A stretch of DNA of 64,000 nt from Pseudomonadota bacterium (GTDB lineage Bacteria > Pseudomonadota > Alphaproteobacteria > UBA11222). The stretch lies in contig JBMOMX010000035.1 of assembly GCA_049323435.1 (NCBI GenBank), forward strand, positions 10,357 through 74,356. Reading direction: 5' to 3'. The translations under genes and the position numbers were made by a program. Position 1 is the first letter of the stretch. Each line of letters starts with the position of its first letter. A model generated the notes under the pieces. It did not search any database and was not told the DNA's origin. It worked only from the letters and a program-made list of their open reading frames with translations. Below, piece by piece: positions 17,225-27,218 of the stretch.

Positions 17225-18433
17225 ATGCTGATGGGGCGGATCTGGATTCTGATGCTGATTGCTATGCTGGGCGCGTGTGACGCGCCGGTCCCGCTGCGCG
17301 GGGCCTGCATGGGCAGTGATCTGCAAAGCGGGCTGCGTTACGCGGATTGCGGTCCCGATGCGCCGGTCCTGACAGTGCGCACCGGCCAGCGCGGCGCGCC
17401 CCTGCATCAGCGTGCTCTGGTATATGCCGTCAGCAATGATTTTGATGGGCCCATCACCGGCTTTCGTCCGGACTTTCTGTTTTATCCGGTGTCTGCGGAA
17501 GCGCTGATCAACCGGGCCGTGACGCGCATTCGCGCCGGTGCATATCCCGGGGCCATTGAGGATCTGGATTCGGCGCTGAATTTTAATCCGCTGGCCGGGG
17601 ATGCGTTTTATGCGCGTGGCCGTCTCTATGTGCTGACCGGGCAACCGCGCCAGGCCATTCAGGATTTGAACGAGGCCTGGCGTCTGACCGGAGGGCGCAG
17701 CGATATCGCCTATCACCGTGCCAATGCCTATCGTCAGACCGGACGCCTGCGCGAGGCCTTGCGCGATTATGATTATGTTCTGCGTCACGACCCGCAGCAT
17801 GCCGGGGCCACTATCAATCGGGGCGCGGTCCGGGCCCTGCTGGGGGTAATGAACGGCGCGCTAGCGGATGAAAATACTGCCCTGAAATATCAACCCGATA
17901 GCAGCGAGGCTTTGTATAATCGCGCCACTGTCAATGTCTGGCTGGGAAATATTCCGGCGGCGCTGGGCGATCTTGACCGGTTGATTGAACGCTTTCCGAT
18001 GGATCTGGCTCTGTATCGCAGCCGCGCGGCGGCGCTGGTCCTGTCCGGGAATATCACGGCCGCCAAGGGTGATTATCAGCGGATTCTGCATGAAATGCCT
18101 GACGATGCGGATGCGCTGATTGGCCGCGGGCGGCTGCGCGCGCGCGAAGGCGGACATAATCTGGCAGTGCTCGACTTTAACCATGCCTTGCGGGTGCGCC
18201 CCGGCGATGCCGTTGCGGTGCTGGCACGCGGACAGGCCTATAGGGCGCTGGGCCGTCTGCCCGAAGCGTTGGAAAATTTTGACGCCGCCATTAAATGGGC
18301 GCCTGGCCTGGCCGAAGCCTATGCGGCGCGGGCAGCCCTGCTGCGCCAAATGGGCGACACCGCGCGCGCCAGTGCGGACGAGGCCAGCGCCGCCGCACGC
18401 GCCGCGCGCCCGCAATCCACCGGCGCAAGATAA
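17225..18433 (+). CDS. TPR-repeat lipoprotein
   Basis: Lipobox ...MLGAC, then at least eight TPR-like 34-aa repeats (AxxxxAxxxG pattern). Confidence 0.72.
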   Translation: MLMGRIWILMLIAMLGACDAPVPLRGACMGSDLQSGLRYADCGPDAPVLTVRTGQRGAPLHQRALVYAVSNDFDGPITGFRPDFLFYPVSAEALINRAVTRIRAGAYPGAIEDLDSALNFNPLAGDAFYARGRLYVLTGQPRQAIQDLNEAWRLTGGRSDIAYHRANAYRQTGRLREALRDYDYVLRHDPQHAGATINRGAVRALLGVMNGALADENTALKYQPDSSEALYNRATVNVWLGNIPAALGDLDRLIERFPMDLALYRSRAAALVLSGNITAAKGDYQRILHEMPDDADALIGRGRLRAREGGHNLAVLDFNHALRVRPGDAVAVLARGQAYRALGRLPEALENFDAAIKWAPGLAEAYAARAALLRQMGDTARASADEASAAARAARPQSTGAR

Positions 18434-18516
18434 AACCAAGCCTTCACTTGAATTTTGAGACTGACAGGGATAGGTTGCGCGGCGATTGCAGCCGCCGGGC
18501 TCAATCCATTGCTTAT

Positions 18517-18593
18517 GCCGCCGTAGCTCAGTTGGTTAGAGCGCTTGATTGTGGATCAAGAGGCCCCTGGTTCGAATCCAGGCGGTGGTACCA
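18517..18593 (+). tRNA. tRNA-His(GTG), with no genome-encoded G-1
   Basis: GCCGCCGTAGCTCAGTTGGTTAGAGCGCTTGATTGTGGATCAAGAGGCCCCTGGTTCGAATCCAGGCGGTGGTACCA. The anticodon loop is TTGTGGA. Confidence 0.85.
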
Positions 18594-18712
18594 GCCCTCA
18601 CCGCCCCTGCCTCTATTGCGCCCCCTTTCCGCTGCCGGGAGGCGCCGGGCCCTCTTTCTATTTACATTTAGTTATAGTAGAATAATCTGAATACTACATT
18701 CCGGACAGGCAT

Positions 18713-19921
18713 ATGTTATCGGGAAAGCGCATTCTACTCATCATTGGCGGCGGCATCGCGGCCTATAAAAGTCTGGAACTGATTCGCGCCCTGCGCGCCC
18801 AGGGGGCCAGTGTGCGCGGCATTCTGACGGCGGGCGGGGCGCAGTTTGTGACGCCTTTGTCGGTCGCCAGCCTGTCCGGCGACAAGGCCTATACCGAACT
18901 GTTCGATCTGATGAACGAAGCCGAAATGGGGCATATTCAGCTATCTCGTGACGCCGATCTGCTGGTGGTGGCGCCCGCCACCGCCGATCTGATGGCGAAA
19001 ATGGCGCATGGGCTGTGTGATGATCTGGCCACCACGGCGCTGCTGGCCACTGACAAGCCGGTGCTGATTGCGCCCGCCATGAATGTGCGCATGTGGGGCC
19101 ATGCGGCCACAAAGCGCAATCTGGCGGCATTATGTGCCGATGGGGTTATCGTGGTGGGCCCCAATGCGGGCGACATGGCCTGCGGCGAATTCGGGCCGGG
19201 GCGCATGGCGGAAGCAGGCGAAATCGTTGCGGCGGTGGCGGCGCAGCTTGTCCCTGCCGCCCGCCCGCTTAGCGGTTTGCGCGCGCTGGTAACCTCGGGG
19301 CCGACGCATGAGCCGATTGATCCTGTGCGTTATATCGCCAACCGCTCTTCCGGCAAGCAGGGCCACGCCATCGCTGCCGCGCTGGCGGCGCTGGGGGCTG
19401 AAACGATCCTGGTCTCCGGCCCGGTGCAGGAAGCCTTTCCCAAGGGCGTCGCCATCCGCCGGGTGGAAACCGCCTGCGACATGCTGGCCGCCTGCAAGGA
19501 GGCCGGTCAGCTTGATATTGCGGTCTGTGCCGCCGCCGTTGCCGACTGGCGCGTCGCAAGCCAGTCGTCCCGCAAGATTAAAAAACGCGCCGATGGCAGT
19601 ACCCCGGCACTCGCATTGACGGAAAATCCTGACATTTTACACACGCTGAGCACCCCGGGCCCGCAACGCCCCCGTCTGGTGGTGGGCTTTGCGGCGGAAA
19701 CCCATGATCTCGTAAGCCATGCCCGTGAAAAACGCGCCCGCAAAGGCTGCGACTGGATCGTCGCCAATGATGTCTCGCCGCATACCGGTATCATGGGCGG
19801 CGATTTCAATACCGTGCATCTGCTGACCGAAACCAGTGTTGAAGACTGGCCGGCGATGAGCAAGATCGAGGTTGCGCAACGGCTGGCCCAGCGCATCGCA
19901 GAACATTTTGCGAAGCGCTGA
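18713..19921 (+). CDS. coaBC: Bifunctional phosphopantothenoylcysteine decarboxylase / phosphopantothenate-cysteine ligase
   Basis: 402 aa. An N-terminal flavoprotein domain is followed by a C-terminal DFP ligase domain. Confidence 0.92.
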   Translation: MLSGKRILLIIGGGIAAYKSLELIRALRAQGASVRGILTAGGAQFVTPLSVASLSGDKAYTELFDLMNEAEMGHIQLSRDADLLVVAPATADLMAKMAHGLCDDLATTALLATDKPVLIAPAMNVRMWGHAATKRNLAALCADGVIVVGPNAGDMACGEFGPGRMAEAGEIVAAVAAQLVPAARPLSGLRALVTSGPTHEPIDPVRYIANRSSGKQGHAIAAALAALGAETILVSGPVQEAFPKGVAIRRVETACDMLAACKEAGQLDIAVCAAAVADWRVASQSSRKIKKRADGSTPALALTENPDILHTLSTPGPQRPRLVVGFAAETHDLVSHAREKRARKGCDWIVANDVSPHTGIMGGDFNTVHLLTETSVEDWPAMSKIEVAQRLAQRIAEHFAKR

Positions 19922-20370
19922 TGCTGAAGATTGCTTTTTGCCGCCTGCCGCATAATCCGGATCTGCCGCTGCCGGCCTATGCCACACCGGGCGCTGCCGG
20001 GCTGGATCTGTGCGCCGCAGTGCCTGCCGATGATCCGCTGATTCTGCAGCCGGGCGCGCGCGCGCTGATCCCCACCGGCTTTGCCATGGCCATACCGCCT
20101 GGATATGAGGCGCAGATACGGCCCCGATCCGGTCTGGCGCTAAAACATGGTGTCACCGTGCTGAATGCGCCCGGCACTATCGACGGCGATTATCGCGGCG
20201 AAATTGGCGTCATCCTGATTAATTCGGGCAAGACGCCCTTCACCATTGCGCGCGGCGCGCGTATTGCCCAGATGGTGATCGCCAGCACCACACAGGCGCA
20301 AATCATCGAAACCGCCGAACTGCCTGAGACCGGGCGCGGCGCCGGCGGCTTTGGTTCTACAGGTTTATAG
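19921..20370 (+). CDS. dut: dUTP diphosphatase
   Basis: 149 aa with Dut motifs ([22 protein letters not shown]). The usual coaBC-dut synteny is kept. Confidence 0.93.
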   Translation: MLKIAFCRLPHNPDLPLPAYATPGAAGLDLCAAVPADDPLILQPGARALIPTGFAMAIPPGYEAQIRPRSGLALKHGVTVLNAPGTIDGDYRGEIGVILINSGKTPFTIARGARIAQMVIASTTQAQIIETAELPETGRGAGGFGSTGL

Positions 20371-20383
20371 GGGTGCAGGACAG

Positions 20384-20836
20384 ATGTTGCGGCTGACGAA
20401 GAAAATGCGTTTTGCGCTTGAGGCGGTGGTGGACATTGCCTATAACGCCCGGCCCGAGCCGGTGCAGTCGCGCGAAATTACCCGGCGTCAGGGCATTCCG
20501 CAACGCTATCTGGAACAGGTGATGCAGCAATTGGTGCATGCCAATATCCTGAAAGGCGTGCGCGGCCCGCGCGGCGGCTATACGCTGGCGCGCGAACGCC
20601 GCCGTATCAGCGTTGGCGAAATCATCCGCGTGATCAGCGAGAATGACGAACCCGATCCCGACAAACAGGAAGTCCATTCCGTTCTCGGCGCAACCGTGAT
20701 CAATCCCTTATGGGATGAAATGCAGGCCGAAATGATGCAGCGCTTTGACCGGGTCAGCATAGAAGATTTATGCAATCGCGCCGACGCCGCAAAGGTCGCG
20801 CCCGAACACCGCAAACAGGCCGACTTCAATATCTGA
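20384..20836 (+). CDS. Rrf2 family transcriptional regulator
   Basis: MLRLTKKMRFALEAVVDIAYN... is an Rrf2 winged-helix N-terminus. The ORF opens at 20351, and the Met at 20384 is the likely start. Confidence 0.8.
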   Translation: MLRLTKKMRFALEAVVDIAYNARPEPVQSREITRRQGIPQRYLEQVMQQLVHANILKGVRGPRGGYTLARERRRISVGEIIRVISENDEPDPDKQEVHSVLGATVINPLWDEMQAEMMQRFDRVSIEDLCNRADAAKVAPEHRKQADFNI

Positions 20837-20848
20837 TCCGGACAGGGC

Positions 20849-22183
20849 CTAGCGGCCCGCTTCCTTGACGCGCATCAGAATCCAGAAACCCAATATAAGA
20901 AACAGCAGGACCACCGCCATGCCGGCGCGTTGCGAAGATAGTGTGGCGGTAATCAGGCCGATTAGCAGGGGCGCCAGAAAGGCTGTGGCCTTGCCCGACA
21001 TGGCATAGAGCCCGAAAAATTCCCCGGACATGTGCCTGGGTGCGAGACGGGCCAGCAGGGTCCGGCTGGCGGCCTGCACCGGTCCGCCGAATATGCCCAT
21101 CAGGATACCGCTCAGCAGATAGGCCTGTTCCGGAACGCTGCTGAATGGCGGCGCGCCCGCAATGGCGGGATCTGCCGCAACACCAAACAGGATCGTGCCC
21201 GGCTGAATGGAAATGGCCAGCAGCGCAGCGGCGATCAGCCCGGAACCCGAAACCAGAATTGTACGGCGCGAGCCAAACTGGTCATCCGCCCAACCGCCTG
21301 CAAATGCGCCAATGGCGGCAAAGATAATCAAAATAATGCCAAACAGGCCGAGCGTGAAAATCTCCCAGCCGAACAGCCCCGCCCCGTAAATGCCGCCAAA
21401 TGCAAACAGCGCCGAAAGCCCGTCGGAATAGATCATATGCGCGATCAAAAACCGCATCACATTACCATGGCGGCGCAGCTGCAACAGTGTTTGACGCAAT
21501 TGCGCCAGACCTTCGCGCACCGCCTGTGTAACGGCCTTGTCCGCCCTGGGCCGGTCCGGCGTGAACAAAAAGAAGGCCGGGCAGAACAGCGCAAACCAGA
21601 TGGCTGTCATCGGGCCAACAAGCTGTCCTGGCGCCTCCTTCAGGCCCGGCGCGGTGATGATGAGCACCAGGCTGATCAGGCCCCCGACATATCCAAGCCC
21701 CCAGCCAAATCCGCTTAATCGTCCCAGGCGCTCCGGCGAAACCAGATCGGGCAGCATCGCATTGCTGAACACAATGATGAATTCCGCGCTGATCGAAGCC
21801 AGCACCAGCGCAGCCATGACCGGCAATAACAGGCCCAGCGCGCCGGGTGCTGCAAACCACAGCATGGTGTTACTCAGTACAAAGATTACAGCCAGCGCCG
21901 CTATCCAGGGCTTGCGCCGCCCCATTCTGTCGGCGGCCGCCCCCAGCACCGGGCTTAACAGCGCAATGAGTGCGCCTGCAAGGGCCTGTGTATAGCCCCA
22001 CAATTCCTGCCCGCGCACCGCGTCTCCAATAAAGGCCGTGGCGAAATAGGGTGCAAAAATGAAAGTCGTGACCAGTGTGAAATAGGGCTGATGCGCCCAA
22101 TCCAGCAGCGCCCAGGAATATTGCCCGCGGCGCCGCCAGAAGGATAACCGCTGCTTATCAGCGCTTGCCTGCGGGTGATTCAT
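20849..22183 (-). CDS. MFS transporter
   Basis: 444 aa, about 12 transmembrane helices, with the MFS GRRKP loop. Confidence 0.8.
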   Translation of the reverse strand: MNHPQASADKQRLSFWRRRGQYSWALLDWAHQPYFTLVTTFIFAPYFATAFIGDAVRGQELWGYTQALAGALIALLSPVLGAAADRMGRRKPWIAALAVIFVLSNTMLWFAAPGALGLLLPVMAALVLASISAEFIIVFSNAMLPDLVSPERLGRLSGFGWGLGYVGGLISLVLIITAPGLKEAPGQLVGPMTAIWFALFCPAFFLFTPDRPRADKAVTQAVREGLAQLRQTLLQLRRHGNVMRFLIAHMIYSDGLSALFAFGGIYGAGLFGWEIFTLGLFGIILIIFAAIGAFAGGWADDQFGSRRTILVSGSGLIAAALLAISIQPGTILFGVAADPAIAGAPPFSSVPEQAYLLSGILMGIFGGPVQAASRTLLARLAPRHMSGEFFGLYAMSGKATAFLAPLLIGLITATLSSQRAGMAVVLLFLILGFWILMRVKEAGR

Positions 22184-22222
22184 GCAGGCAGCATAGCCTG
22201 GCGGAACTGACCGGCGCCAGCC

Positions 22223-25200
22223 TTACTTGTTCAGCAGATCGCGCATCTGGCGGTTGACGAAGGCCAGTTTGGCGACGCTGATGGTTCCGGCCCACATGCC
22301 TTCAATCAGCCGCACCGTGCGGGCCACTGCCTGTGCATGCTGTGTGCACCAAAGCGCCACTGCCTGCTGCGCGTCATGTCCTGCCCCGGCGCTTAACGCC
22401 TGGGCCGTCATCACCCGCTGCTGCCCGTAAAAATCATCAATCATGGCGTTCATCGCCAGGCGTTCCCAATGCCCCTGGGCCGGATTTTTTTCCGCCGCGC
22501 TGCACAGCCAGTCCAGATTCAGTTCCGCCCCTATGCGGTAAAAGGCTGCCGCCACATCGCCAATATCCCGGCCTGTGCTGCGCGCCACCTGCACCATATC
22601 CGCCGCTGCCCCCATCGGCGGCAGCGCCGCCGCCTGCCGGCTGATATCTTCGGGCGTGCCATCGGCCAGCAGGGCCTGCAAGCGTTCGTTGTATGCCTGC
22701 ATTTCCACCGGCGGCAGATGCAGATGGATTTCGCTGCGCAATTGCGCAATGCCCGGCTGATAGGCCGCGATAACCGCACTCATATCCATGGGTTGCGGCA
22801 CATTGCGCAAAAACCAGATGGCCGCGCGCCGGATCAGGTCGCGCCCATAAAGCTGGATGCGCGTCTGCACCCCTGCTGGCAGCCGGTTGTCCAGCGCTTC
22901 CAGCGCATGCCAGAATGCGCGCATATCAAAAGCTGCGCGCGCCACTACAAAGGCGCGTACAATTTCGGCAGTGGAATTTCCGGTTTCCTCGGCGATGGCG
23001 CTGACAAAACTGATGCCCGCCCGGTTGACAATCGAGTTGGCCAGCAGCGAAGCCATGATTTCACGGCGCAACTGATGCCCAAGCAATGCCTGTGGATATT
23101 TTTCGCGCAGCGGTTTGGGAAAATAACCCAGCAGATCGTCCCGCAAATATTCCGAATCGAGCAGGTCGCTGTCCAGCAGCTCCATCCGCATGCCATTTTT
23201 GGCATAGGCGACCAGCACCGCAATCTCCGGCCTTGTAAGGCCGGACCCCGCCTCCGCGCGTTCCGCCAGCGCCGCATCATCGGGCAGAAATTCGATGCTG
23301 CGGTTTAGCAGGCCGGCGCGTTCCTGTTCGCGGATAAAGCCCGCATGGGCGTCCAGCAGGCGATGCGCCTGCGCAGCCTCCAGGCTGATCGCCAGGGTCT
23401 GCTGATAATTATCGCGCAGTACCAGTTCGGCCACCTCATCGGTCATCGAGGCCAGCAGCTGATCGCGCTGCTTGCGCGGCAGATCGCCCGCGCGCACTTC
23501 AGGGCCAAGCGCGATCTTGATATTCACTTCATGATCAGAGCAATCGACGCCCGCCGAATTATCCACGGCGTCGGTATTGATCGCGCCGCCGGATTGCGCA
23601 TATTCAATGCGGCCCAATTGCGTGCAGCCAAGATTTGCGCCTTCGCCAATGACTTTGGCTTTCACCTTGCAGCCGTCAATGCGCACCGCGTCATTGGCCT
23701 TGTCGCCCACATCCAGATGGCTTTCGCGCGAGGATTTGAGATAGGTGCCGATGCCTCCGAAAAACAGCAGATCCGCCTCCGCCCCCAACAGCGCGTGGAT
23801 CAGTTCCTCCGGCGTGACCGCCGCCTGGCTCAGGCCGGTCATCTGCTGTATCTGCGGCGTCAGCGTGATGGATTTACGCGCACGGCTGAACACGCCGCCC
23901 CCGGCGCTGATCAGTTTTGGATCATAATCCGCCCAGGAAGAACGCGGCAGTTCAAACAGCCGCGCGCGTTCCTCAAAACTTTTTGCCGGATCGGGATCGG
24001 GATCAATGAAAATATCACGATGGTCGAACGCCGCCAGCAGCCGCGTCTGGCGCGATCGCAACATGCCATTGCCAAACACATCCCCCGACATATCGCCACA
24101 GCCGATAACGGTGAAGGGTTCGCTCTGAATATCTTTGCCGCGTTCGCGAAAATGGCGCTTCACCGCTTCCCATGCGCCGCGCGCCGTGATCGCCATTTTC
24201 TTATGGTCATAACCAACCGAGCCGCCCGAAGCAAAGGCGTCGTCAAGCCAGAACCCGTAAGATTGCGCCACGCCATTGGCGATGTCCGAAAAGCTGGCCG
24301 TGCCCTTGTCGGCGGCAACCACCAGATAGGGATCATCCCCGTCATAGCGCAGCACATTTTCCGGCGGCACGGCCTGGCCATCAACAATATTATCGGTCAG
24401 ATCCAGCAGTCCCGAGACAAACATCCGATAGGCGGCGATGCCTTCCTGCTGAATGGCGTCGCGCGTGCCGTTTTGGGGCAGCCGTTTGGGGAAAAACCCG
24501 CCTTTTGATCCAACCGGAATGATGACTGCGTTCTTCACCTGTTGCGCCTTGACCAGCCCCAGAATTTCGGTACGGAAATCCTCGCGCCGGTCGGACCAGC
24601 GCAGCCCGCCGCGCGCGACCTTGCCAAAACGCAGATGCACCCCTTCGACACGCGGCGCATAAACGAAAATTTCCACCATGGGGCGCGGCAGCGGTAAATC
24701 ATCCACGTGACGGCTGTCCAGCTTGAAAGAGAAATAGGGCTTGTCCATCCCGTCATGGGCGCGCTGATAAAAATTGGTGCGCAATGTGCTCTCGATCAGA
24801 TTCAGAAATCGCCGCAATATCCGGTCTTCATCAAGGCTTTCAACCGCATCAAGGGCCTGTGCGATCTGTTCGCGCAGTTGCGCGGCCTGAATGCCGCGGT
24901 CAGCCGGATAAGCCACATTAAAACGCGCATGAAACAGATCAATCATCTGGCGCACAATGGCGGGATTGGCGCTTAGCGCGCGCTCCATATAATCATTGCT
25001 GTACAGAATGCCCGCCTGGCGCAGATATTTGCCATAGGCGCGCATGACGGCCGCCTCGCGCCATTTCAGGCCGGCCGCCAGCACCAGCCGGTTATAGCCG
25101 TCACTCTCGGCGGCGCCGCGCCAGATTGCGCTGAACAATTCCTGAAGATTTTCACGCACAAGCCCAAGATCAACCGGACGGCCCTGTGCTTCCTGCATTT

Positions 25201-27058
25201 CAAAATCATGCAGCCAGATGCGCGCCAGGCCCGCGGCGTCAATTTCATAAGGATGTTCGCCCAGCACCTGGAAACCCATGCGTTCCAGCATGGGCATGCA
25301 GTCACTCAGGGGAACGGCTTCACCCCGGCGGAACAGTTTGAAACGCACTGTTGCGTCCGCATCCTCGATGGCGCGGTAAAAGCTGACTTCGACGCCATCT
25401 GAATTTAACAGCATCTCCATATGCTCTATATCGCGCACCGCCAGTTCCGGCGAAAACTGCGCCATATAATCGGGCGGAAAGCCGTTTGAATAGCGTTCCC
25501 ATAATTGCAGCCCGCGCCCGCCGCCCGCATGGGCCAGCACCGCCACCCGCAATTCATCCCGCCAGGTGCGGGCCGCCTGATCAATTTGCGCCTCGATCCT
25601 TGCAATTTCAAATTCAGGCAGCGCGCCGGGGGTGGCCGTGACGATAAAATGCACGCGCGCCAGCGGCGCATCGCCATATTCCGGCGTGATGGCGGTGACT
25701 GTGCCATTAAAACTCTGCGCCAGAATGACGGCGATACGCGCCTGCAAACCGGCGTCATAGCGTTCACGCGGAATGAAGACCAGGCATGAAACATAGCGCT
25801 CAAACGGATCGACACGCACGATCAGCCGGGTGCGCGGGCGTTCCTGGAGGCGCAGAATGGCGATGGCGTTTTCAAACAGATCATCGCGCCGGGTCTGAAA
25901 CAATTCATCTCGCGGATAGGTGTCGAGAATATTCTGAATGGCCTTGCCGTCATGGCTGTCGCGGGCGAATCCGGCACGCGCAATGGTCAGTGCGACTTTG
26001 CGCCGCAGCAGGGGGATATCAGCGGGCGGCAGGCTATAGGCGCCGGATGTGAACAGGCCGGTAAAGCGGCGTTCGCCTATCACCGCGCCATCCGGGCCAT
26101 ACCGCTTGACGCCGATATAATCCATATAGGTATCGCGGTGCACGCTGGAGCGTATATCGGTTTTGGTAATGATCAGCGGCCCCGGACGGTTCAGGCTTTG
26201 CAGAATTTCGGGCGAAATCGCCACCAGCGCATTGCTCCGGGAACGGAACAGTTTGATATCCGGATCCCGCAGCACGCCAAGGCCTGTCCCTGGAACCACC
26301 GATGCGGCAAGCCCGGCGCCATTTCCCGAGAATGCCAGTTCGGCATAGCCCAGCAGCGTGAAGTGATTGTCCCGCAGCCATTGCAGAAACGCCACTGATT
26401 CGTCTATTTCAGCTTCTGCAATCGGCAGGCTGTTCTGGCGAATTTCGGTCACCGCCATATCAATGCGCGCCAGCATTTCACGCCAGTCGGCAACTGCGGC
26501 GCGCACATCCGCCAGAACCGCGGCAATATGATCGCGGATGGCGTTCAGCCCCGCGCCTTCGGGCTGTTCATCAATCATGATATGAATGAAGGATTCCGCT
26601 TTGGCCCCGGAATCGCCGCCTTCCGCCAGGGCGTCCCAGCATCCATCCGGCGTGCGCCGCACGTGCAGCACGGGATGCGCCACCAGATGCACGCCCAGGC
26701 CGCGCCGCGCAATCACCGCGCTGACGGAGTCGAGCAGAAACGGCATATCGTCATTGACGAGTTCAATGACCGTGTGCGGGGTCTGCCAGCCATGCGCTTC
26801 CATGCGCGGGGTGTATACCCGCACCAGCGCCTCGCCGGGCTGGCGTCTGGCCGCCAGTCTGTAATGCGCCAGCGCCGCCCCGTAAATATTCTGCACCGGC
26901 AATTGCAGCAGGTCTTCGGCGATGACGTTTTTGAAATATTGCCCGATAAAGTTTTCCAGTTCTGCTCTGGCCGCCGGGCTTATACGGTCCCCCGCCAGAG
27001 TGGCGGCGCGGGCAAGCAGTGCCGATTTTCTATCATTCGCACTCGCAATCATATGCAA
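22223..27058 (-). CDS. NAD-specific glutamate dehydrogenase, large (~180 kDa) GdhB-type
   Basis: 1611 aa. The central Glu/Leu/Phe/Val dehydrogenase catalytic region is flanked by the long N- and C-terminal extensions typical of large NAD-GDHs. Confidence 0.9.
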   Translation of the reverse strand: MHMIASANDRKSALLARAATLAGDRISPAARAELENFIGQYFKNVIAEDLLQLPVQNIYGAALAHYRLAARRQPGEALVRVYTPRMEAHGWQTPHTVIELVNDDMPFLLDSVSAVIARRGLGVHLVAHPVLHVRRTPDGCWDALAEGGDSGAKAESFIHIMIDEQPEGAGLNAIRDHIAAVLADVRAAVADWREMLARIDMAVTEIRQNSLPIAEAEIDESVAFLQWLRDNHFTLLGYAELAFSGNGAGLAASVVPGTGLGVLRDPDIKLFRSRSNALVAISPEILQSLNRPGPLIITKTDIRSSVHRDTYMDYIGVKRYGPDGAVIGERRFTGLFTSGAYSLPPADIPLLRRKVALTIARAGFARDSHDGKAIQNILDTYPRDELFQTRRDDLFENAIAILRLQERPRTRLIVRVDPFERYVSCLVFIPRERYDAGLQARIAVILAQSFNGTVTAITPEYGDAPLARVHFIVTATPGALPEFEIARIEAQIDQAARTWRDELRVAVLAHAGGGRGLQLWERYSNGFPPDYMAQFSPELAVRDIEHMEMLLNSDGVEVSFYRAIEDADATVRFKLFRRGEAVPLSDCMPMLERMGFQVLGEHPYEIDAAGLARIWLHDFEMQEAQGRPVDLGLVRENLQELFSAIWRGAAESDGYNRLVLAAGLKWREAAVMRAYGKYLRQAGILYSNDYMERALSANPAIVRQMIDLFHARFNVAYPADRGIQAAQLREQIAQALDAVESLDEDRILRRFLNLIESTLRTNFYQRAHDGMDKPYFSFKLDSRHVDDLPLPRPMVEIFVYAPRVEGVHLRFGKVARGGLRWSDRREDFRTEILGLVKAQQVKNAVIIPVGSKGGFFPKRLPQNGTRDAIQQEGIAAYRMFVSGLLDLTDNIVDGQAVPPENVLRYDGDDPYLVVAADKGTASFSDIANGVAQSYGFWLDDAFASGGSVGYDHKKMAITARGAWEAVKRHFRERGKDIQSEPFTVIGCGDMSGDVFGNGMLRSRQTRLLAAFDHRDIFIDPDPDPAKSFEERARLFELPRSSWADYDPKLISAGGGVFSRARKSITLTPQIQQMTGLSQAAVTPEELIHALLGAEADLLFFGGIGTYLKSSRESHLDVGDKANDAVRIDGCKVKAKVIGEGANLGCTQLGRIEYAQSGGAINTDAVDNSAGVDCSDHEVNIKIALGPEVRAGDLPRKQRDQLLASMTDEVAELVLRDNYQQTLAISLEAAQAHRLLDAHAGFIREQERAGLLNRSIEFLPDDAALAERAEAGSGLTRPEIAVLVAYAKNGMRMELLDSDLLDSEYLRDDLLGYFPKPLREKYPQALLGHQLRREIMASLLANSIVNRAGISFVSAIAEETGNSTAEIVRAFVVARAAFDMRAFWHALEALDNRLPAGVQTRIQLYGRDLIRRAAIWFLRNVPQPMDMSAVIAAYQPGIAQLRSEIHLHLPPVEMQAYNERLQALLADGTPEDISRQAAALPPMGAAADMVQVARSTGRDIGDVAAAFYRIGAELNLDWLCSAAEKNPAQGHWERLAMNAMIDDFYGQQRVMTAQALSAGAGHDAQQAVALWCTQHAQAVARTVRLIEGMWAGTISVAKLAFVNRQMRDLLNK

Positions 27059-27218
27059 TACTGCCTTTTGCTGACGCCATTCCCCCAGGTGCGAAAAGTT
27101 ACCACTTGATATCTTTCAATTATCTTTCAAATTTTTGCCATTGTTTTTTATCCGCCAAGGATGGACACTTTGCGTCCGCAAACAGTTTCTGGCATCAAAA
27201 TCAAAAAGGGGTCGATAT

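Noticed and set aside
22469-26398. Multiple 80-390-aa ORFs on the plus strand across 22.2-27.1 kb
   Set aside because: All lie inside, and antisense to, the 1611-aa NAD-GDH gene.
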